A DNA stretch of 64,000 nucleotides from Candidatus Latescibacterota bacterium. Lineage in GTDB: Bacteria; Latescibacterota; UBA2968; GCA-2709665. The position numbers and the translations under genes are program-made. Shown in pieces: positions 58,759-64,000 of the stretch. The first letter of the stretch is position 1, and every line of letters starts with the position of its first letter. The DNA is taken from contig OZ250150.1 in assembly GCA_965237675.1 (NCBI GenBank), positions 2,240,001 to 2,304,000 of the forward strand. The letters run 5' to 3'. Under the pieces are notes generated by a model. It was not told where the DNA came from. It saw nothing but the letters and a program-made list of their open reading frames with translations, and made no database searches.

Positions 58759-61065
58759 ATGAGCAAGATTCCGAAGATCGAGGCGATGACAGTGCTTCTT
58801 GCGCTGCTTCTGTGCGTGCCGGACCCCGCGGGAGCACAGGAGAACCACAGGTTCCAGACGCGCGCGAAGGTGTGGGACATGTTCTGGAACTATGGGACTC
58901 AGGGCGTTTCCGAAGATCCGGACGCCTGGTTGAGCTATTACCGCCAGATGGGCATGCAATATCCCGGCGTATGGACCCGACAGTACTCCACGGAATTTCA
59001 GGACTACTGGGGAGAGCGGAGCTGGGGTTCGCTTCATCCGGCCTATGCCGCCCTTTTCGAATCGACGGCCACGATGCCCGGTTTCAGCACGTACATAGCA
59101 ACGCGCGCGCCGGACGATCCCGAGGGCGAATACTACGTGTCGGTGTCGAAGCCTCGCGCCATTACGGACGACATCAGGATGATGTCCTACGATGCGTCCA
59201 TGGGGCCGGAGGCGACTATCGGGTACCCGAACTATTCTCCCGTAGGGCCCGCGATGGCCAACTGGTGGCCGGGGCAGCCCCCGGTGGAAAGCAGGTACGT
59301 CACCGAGATTCACAACTACCGGTACGGCCAGTATATGGATGCCGATAAGGATAGGTTCCCCGAGAGCCTTCTCATTATGCGTTATACCACGAAGCGGGGG
59401 ATCACGGTAACCAAAAAGGTCTATACCTGGAGTTATCCCGACTACGACGACTTTCAAATTATGGAATACGAGTTCGAGAACACCGGGGATTCCGACGGGG
59501 ACGGCGCGGCCGACGTGAACGGCGGCGCCGGACTGCAGCTGAACGACACCTTTTTCGCTTTTTCGGTGCGCTTTTTCATCTCCCAGGCAGGGCACGGGTG
59601 GATGAACTACGATGCGTGGTACCGAAACACCAAACCGACCGACAACGACGACTGGTTCAAGTTCACCGAGGCGGCCAATTACGACGGCCCGGCTCTGGGT
59701 ATGGGCATGAAAATGTGGTACGCCTTCGACGGGGACAACCCGCTCATGCCGGGCGACGATCTGGGCAAGCCATACAACCCTTCCACGGCAAACCCCGGCT
59801 ATCGTGGGCGGCCATCACAGGTGCGGGTACCGGGGGAGTTGACGGCATTTCAGTACACCGGATTCGCGCCCATCGCGTACCTGCCGTCAACCTCGAACGA
59901 TCCGGGCACCTTTTCCTACGACACGAATGGCGACAACAGCTACGTCGCCCCCAGAATGGACGATCAGCCCCATACGGTGAGATGGTGGGAATACCGGAAC
60001 CGGGGCGACTTCGACGAGCCGGATCATGGCAATCATTCCTACCAGGAAATCTATGAAATGCTGGCGGGCGCCGAATCCGATATCAAAGATAATCCACCGG
60101 TGGTCGGGGCCTGGCATGGGTCGATCGCTTACGGTCCATACGACCTCGCGCCCGGCGACAAGGCCAAATTCGTCTTCGTTCTGGCTGCGGCCGCGCCCGT
60201 TGAAGAGAATATCTGGGGCTGGGCCAAGCTGGGCAATCAGGATGAGATGCGTACGGACAAGGCTTTCAACAACCTGGTCAAGCACGTCGATAAAGCCAAG
60301 GAAGCCTTTCAGTGGAACTACGACCTTCCCGACGCGCCCCCCGACGTGAAGGTGGACGTGAGCGTGACAACGGAAGGCTTCATTACTCTCGTCTGGGATG
60401 CCACGGCCGACGACGCGGTCAACCCCGACTACTCGGGTGAGGAGGCCAGGGATGTCAGGGGCTACCGGGTATACCGCTCGCTCTTCAAGCGCGACGCCTG
60501 GGAGTTGATGCAGGAAATCCCGTTAAAGGCGGATCCGTTTTACAGCGGCGGCAAGTACGACTTTGTCGATACGAAATCGGTTGCGGGATTCCTGTACGAC
60601 TACAGTGTCCGCACGTACAGCGAGGCGCACAGCGACTGGAACGGCACCGGAATCGCCATACCCTCTCTGGAAAGCGGGAACAGTTCACCCGAGCAGTGGG
60701 TGAACGGCGTCAAGGTTTCGACCCCCTATGTCCCGTCCACGGCGCAGTCCGACCAACTGGACAGGAAAGTGATCGTGACCCCCAATCCATACCGGGATGA
60801 CGGCGCTCACGCCTACGAGAACAAAGGCCAGATTCGGTTTTTGAACATCCCGCGGAAGTGCCAGATCAGGATATACACGGTCGCCGGAGATCTGATCGCA
60901 GAGGTGAATCACGACGACCAGGGGCGGGGCGAGACCACCTGGAGCCAGACAACCATCGACAACGTCGGTTCGGCGTCAGCCGGCGTGTACTTTTACGTGG
61001 TCGAATCGCTGGTGGATGGGACAACCGGAAAAATTCAACGGGGAATATTCGTAATCAGCAAGTGA
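58759..61065 (+). CDS. Secreted protein with Fn3-like and T9SS-type C-terminal sorting domain (TBDR-associated)
   Basis: Signal peptide; P.APP...ITLVWD...GYRVYRS (Fn3); VIVTPNPY...IRFLNIP..CQIRIYTVAGDLI...W...SAGVYFYVVE (CTD). Confidence 0.85.
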   Translation: MSKIPKIEAMTVLLALLLCVPDPAGAQENHRFQTRAKVWDMFWNYGTQGVSEDPDAWLSYYRQMGMQYPGVWTRQYSTEFQDYWGERSWGSLHPAYAALFESTATMPGFSTYIATRAPDDPEGEYYVSVSKPRAITDDIRMMSYDASMGPEATIGYPNYSPVGPAMANWWPGQPPVESRYVTEIHNYRYGQYMDADKDRFPESLLIMRYTTKRGITVTKKVYTWSYPDYDDFQIMEYEFENTGDSDGDGAADVNGGAGLQLNDTFFAFSVRFFISQAGHGWMNYDAWYRNTKPTDNDDWFKFTEAANYDGPALGMGMKMWYAFDGDNPLMPGDDLGKPYNPSTANPGYRGRPSQVRVPGELTAFQYTGFAPIAYLPSTSNDPGTFSYDTNGDNSYVAPRMDDQPHTVRWWEYRNRGDFDEPDHGNHSYQEIYEMLAGAESDIKDNPPVVGAWHGSIAYGPYDLAPGDKAKFVFVLAAAAPVEENIWGWAKLGNQDEMRTDKAFNNLVKHVDKAKEAFQWNYDLPDAPPDVKVDVSVTTEGFITLVWDATADDAVNPDYSGEEARDVRGYRVYRSLFKRDAWELMQEIPLKADPFYSGGKYDFVDTKSVAGFLYDYSVRTYSEAHSDWNGTGIAIPSLESGNSSPEQWVNGVKVSTPYVPSTAQSDQLDRKVIVTPNPYRDDGAHAYENKGQIRFLNIPRKCQIRIYTVAGDLIAEVNHDDQGRGETTWSQTTIDNVGSASAGVYFYVVESLVDGTTGKIQRGIFVISK

Positions 61066-61146
61066 AACGGCCGAATCAGCGAGTCAAGGATTCCCGATTC
61101 GCCTTCTCGTCGAACCGCTCAACCGAAACGGAGAAGGAACAAACCT

Positions 61147-62100
61147 ATGAAACGGATCTTGTGGATTGGAATCGTGGCGTGCGCGGCATACGCGATGCTG
61201 TTTCCCGAGGTTGCTTACTGTGACACGCAGAAGCGGCTCGGTCAGGCCGTATTCTCCGTACACAAGGTGGACCATGGGGCGCGTGTCGCGGGCATGGGCG
61301 GGGCGTTTACGGCTATCGCGGACGACATCAGCACCATCTTTGTCAACCCGGCCGGACTCACCAATGTCGAAGAGATGGAATATACCCTTTCGTACACCCG
61401 CTGGTTGGTCGATACCCGATTCTATTCGGGCGCGCTCGCCTACAATACGGCCCGCGGCGTGGTCGGGTTGTCCGTGATGGCGTTTTCGGTTCCGGACGTG
61501 GAGGAGACGACCATCTATCAGCCGATCGGGACCGGCAGAATGCTGGAGATCGGTGATTTCAGCATCGGGGCTTCCTACGCCACGAAGTTGACCGATAAGC
61601 TCTCGTTCGGATTCCAGTTGAGGTGGACCCAGGAAACCATCGACGTCGACAGGTTGACCGGTGTGGACGTCAATTTCGGCACCACGTTCAACACCGGGTT
61701 CAGAAGCCTTCGGCTCGGGATGGCGTTCAAGAACCTCGGCAAAGACATAAAGTCCCGTGAAATCAACTATCAGATGCCGGTCGCCTTCGATTTTGGTTTC
61801 GCGGTGGAAGTCTTCGGCGAAAAAGGCAGCGACGCCTCCTATCTGACGCTTACGGGAGAGAGTCACTACGCGACGGATTACTCCGAGCCGCGGTATCGTA
61901 TCGGCGGCGAACTCTGGCTCCAGAACGTATTCGCATTGCGCGCCGGTGTCAAACCCGGATACGATACGGAGGTGTACAGTCTGGGTCTGGGGTTGAAGGT
62001 CAAGCCCATCGAGGGCAAGGTCGTCCGTGTCGATTTCGCGTACAGCGAGGGAAACGATTTCGATCCACCGCTTCGCTTCAGCCTGAGCGGATCGTTCTGA
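61147..62100 (+). CDS. PorV/PorQ-family outer membrane beta-barrel
   Basis: GAR..GMGGAF.AIADD.S.IFVNPAGL, SYTRWLVD, SYA..LTD.LSFG, KNLG and ALRAG; terminal F. Confidence 0.9.
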   Translation: MKRILWIGIVACAAYAMLFPEVAYCDTQKRLGQAVFSVHKVDHGARVAGMGGAFTAIADDISTIFVNPAGLTNVEEMEYTLSYTRWLVDTRFYSGALAYNTARGVVGLSVMAFSVPDVEETTIYQPIGTGRMLEIGDFSIGASYATKLTDKLSFGFQLRWTQETIDVDRLTGVDVNFGTTFNTGFRSLRLGMAFKNLGKDIKSREINYQMPVAFDFGFAVEVFGEKGSDASYLTLTGESHYATDYSEPRYRIGGELWLQNVFALRAGVKPGYDTEVYSLGLGLKVKPIEGKVVRVDFAYSEGNDFDPPLRFSLSGSF

Positions 62101-62218
62101 CCGCGCAAGTGTATGTGGTTTCTCTTTCGGACAACGACGGTGAAGTAAATGGCGTACACTACGATATAGAGATTTCTCAGGGCCTCGAGGATCGGTTGTT
62201 GGTGCATTTGAGCGACTT

Positions 62219-62249
62219 AAAATACCCCGGTATTGCCGGGGTATTTTTC
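62219..62249. terminator. Bidirectional intrinsic terminator
   Basis: AAAATACCCCGG-TATTG-CCGGGGTATTTT. Confidence 0.85.
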
Positions 62250-62326
62250 TTCATTGAGCCGGGCCGGGTCGTTCATGCCGTCGCTTCCCCACCCACTCGC
62301 AATATCCCTACCGCGCTCGCCATAAC

Positions 62327-62411
62327 TGTCGCAAAATGCTACACTTCCTCTCGGTCAATAACACGCGTGTTGACGGTAGCAAAATGCATCCAAACGTAGC
62401 AAGATGCGACA
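62327..62411. promoter_or_regulatory. Three copies of a 17-bp palindromic operator-like motif
   Basis: TGTCGCAAAATGCTACA (62327), GGTAGCAAAATGCATCC (62375) and CGTAGCAAGATGCGACA (62395). Confidence 0.55.
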
Positions 62412-62633
62412 CCTCCACTCTCGCGCTTGTTCGGCACTTCCTGTAAGTTGTTGAAATATGATGAAAAAGATGTATTGACGAATATTTCGACTGTGGATGA
62501 AAGCAGTTCAATGACTATCGATGATTCGGGATATTTTCCCGAACAACCGTGCATCACATCCGTATGTCAGGCACGATTTACAGATCGACGTTCAGTCCGA
62601 GTGAATAGAACAACCCGCCCGTACCTAAACCGT

Positions 62634-62885
62634 TCAGAGTGGTTCGGTGCGTCGACGCCGTCCCCTTACTTTGCGTCTCTGGTCTCTGATGAGTGTGACG
62701 ACTTCACGCATCGAGATGTCCGCCTCGATGGAGGGCACATCCAGCGGCGAGGCGGTGGGGCGTTCCGGCACCAGGGCATAAATCCTGCCGTCTTTTCTGC
62801 GTATAAGGACCTTCCCCGTTGACTCGGCTTTGTCAAGCACGCGGGAGAAATTCTGTCTGGCTTCCGAGTACGTATATACGTCCAT
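62634..62885 (-). CDS. Phd/YefM-family antitoxin
   Basis: YTYSEARQNFSRVLDKA...G.VLIRRKDG; GGAGG RBS; starts 1 nt after the toxin stop. Confidence 0.88.
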   Translation of the reverse strand: MDVYTYSEARQNFSRVLDKAESTGKVLIRRKDGRIYALVPERPTASPLDVPSIEADISMREVVTLIRDQRRKVRGRRRRTEPL

Positions 62886-62886
62886 C

Positions 62887-63285
62887 TTACACCTCCAGAC
62901 TAACAAGATTGACGCCCAGTGCGCCTGCGGCCCGGCTTAGTGTTCGATCGAGCGTCAATAAAGGCGCCGCATGCCGCAAGGCGCAGTCCAGAAAGTAACC
63001 ATCGTATGCGTACGCGTTCACCTGGGCCGCGATGGACAGTACATTCGCCATGTCGACGGTCACATATTGCAGCGGGATGCTGTCGAGTATCTCCAGACCC
63101 CGGTGTGCATCCGCGACACCGACGCGCCGTTGCTTGATCATCACCGAGAAAGCATTTCCAATTTCCCAGGGTATGGAACCGGGACCAATAAGTGTATGAC
63201 CCGACGTGGCCGCGACGATCGCGTCTCGTTCCGGTTCAGCTACGATCACCGCGATGATCGCTGAAGTGTCAATCACAATGTTCAT
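62887..63285 (-). CDS. vapC: VapC-family PIN-domain toxin
   Basis: IVIDTSAIIAV, WEIGNA, YAYD.YFL and LLTLD. Confidence 0.9.
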   Translation of the reverse strand: MNIVIDTSAIIAVIVAEPERDAIVAATSGHTLIGPGSIPWEIGNAFSVMIKQRRVGVADAHRGLEILDSIPLQYVTVDMANVLSIAAQVNAYAYDGYFLDCALRHAAPLLTLDRTLSRAAGALGVNLVSLEV

Positions 63286-63307
63286 TAAGGTCTCCTCAAG
63301 ATACTAT

Positions 63308-63337
63308 CAATTGTACAATTGTCAGAGCAAATGTCAA
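63308..63337 (-). promoter_or_regulatory. TA promoter with overlapping palindromic operator
   Basis: Minus strand TTGACA-N16-TACAAT; the perfect palindrome CAATTGTACAATTG (63308-63321) covers the -10 box. Confidence 0.75.
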
Positions 63338-63455
63338 GGGCCAAAATGAATCGTATTGATCCGGGCGATCAATCGGTAGCAAAAGTTTGAAAAGGTGGAG
63401 CAGACATTCTTGTCTGCTCATAGACATCAAACCGAGACCTTAGAATCCTGTGTCC

Positions 63456-63530
63456 GGGCACGTCACGACTCGCCCCTACGCCTCCCTGCAACCTTACCGG
63501 CCTTGCCACGTCACGTCGCAGACGCCGGCT
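63456..63530 (-). repeat. GTAG-type REP element with conserved flank
   Basis: CGCCCCTACGCCTCCCTGCAACCTTACCGGCCTTGCCACGTCACG, an inverted copy of 35385-35450. Confidence 0.75.
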
Positions 63531-63871
63531 ACCACATTGAGCACCCCTGGTGACGATCGCAGGTCCGCTATCAGGGTCGGCTTGAGGCCAGATCTTAGAT
63601 TGAGATCGACGTCAGAGACAGACGTGGAATTGGGCTTGACATTTGCCTTCCGCCACTCAATATTGATGTCGCGGTCCTGCGAAACCTGAAAACGGAATGA
63701 GACGCCCCGTAATGGAATTTCGGTTGCCGATTCTTTGGAATTCAGTGGGTCTGGTTGATTGAGGCTTCTCGCGGGCTCTGTAATGGCGGTTGGGCGCCGC
63801 TGTCGAATCGATACGGAGCCCGTACGCGTTCGATGTTCTTTATAGATTTTCGTCGGATTTACGCCGTACGG

Positions 63872-63901
63872 ACGGCAGCCTTTGCGGGCTGCCGTTTCTT
63901 T
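63872..63901 (+). terminator. Intrinsic terminator/attenuator-like hairpin
   Basis: ACGGCAGCC-TTTGCG-GGCTGCCGT followed by TTCTTT. Confidence 0.6.
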
Positions 63902-64000
63902 GACCGTTTCCCGTCAGACCTGAGGTGAGTACCTGGAAGCCGATGGCAATGTTGTGTCAACGCGGCTCAGGCGGAGATTCGCATAGGGCGATCCTGTTTT

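Overview
High-GC bacterial chromosomal window. By inference it comes from an FCB-group candidate phylum (Latescibacterota/Gemmatimonadota-like), probably a sponge symbiont, based on the PorV gene, T9SS/FlgD-type C-terminal sorting domains, a WD40 protein with a dockerin-like tail and a giant Calx-beta/Fn3 autotransporter. 1-11.8 kb: a PhoB/PhoR-like two-component pair split by a 2.5-kb insert (DUF4258/DUF2283 TA-like pair plus a beta-lactamase-family hydrolase) bounded by a 10-bp direct repeat, followed by an RNase II-family gene, RidA, an esterase, a metallophosphoesterase-GmhB fusion and a degenerate transglycosylase. 11.8-33.9 kb: an accessory island with a TonB-dependent receptor, a second transglycosylase-like copy, a 2697-aa adhesin/autotransporter, IS256, pseudogenes and a WD40 protein flanked by two copies of a promoter-plus-hairpin element (candidate sRNA). 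33.9-45.4 kb: a CbiX-Moco fusion, a heparinase-like protein, thyA, folA, rimO, rpmB and a FolC-ATP-grasp fusion. 45.5-62.1 kb: a co-oriented hydrolase cluster ending in a TBDR / T9SS-cargo / PorV triad. 62.6-63.3 kb: a toxin-first VapC-Phd TA module. Several dispersed REP/MITE families occupy gene junctions. No rRNA, tRNA or CRISPR array was seen. All family assignments come from manual motif recognition; no searches were run.
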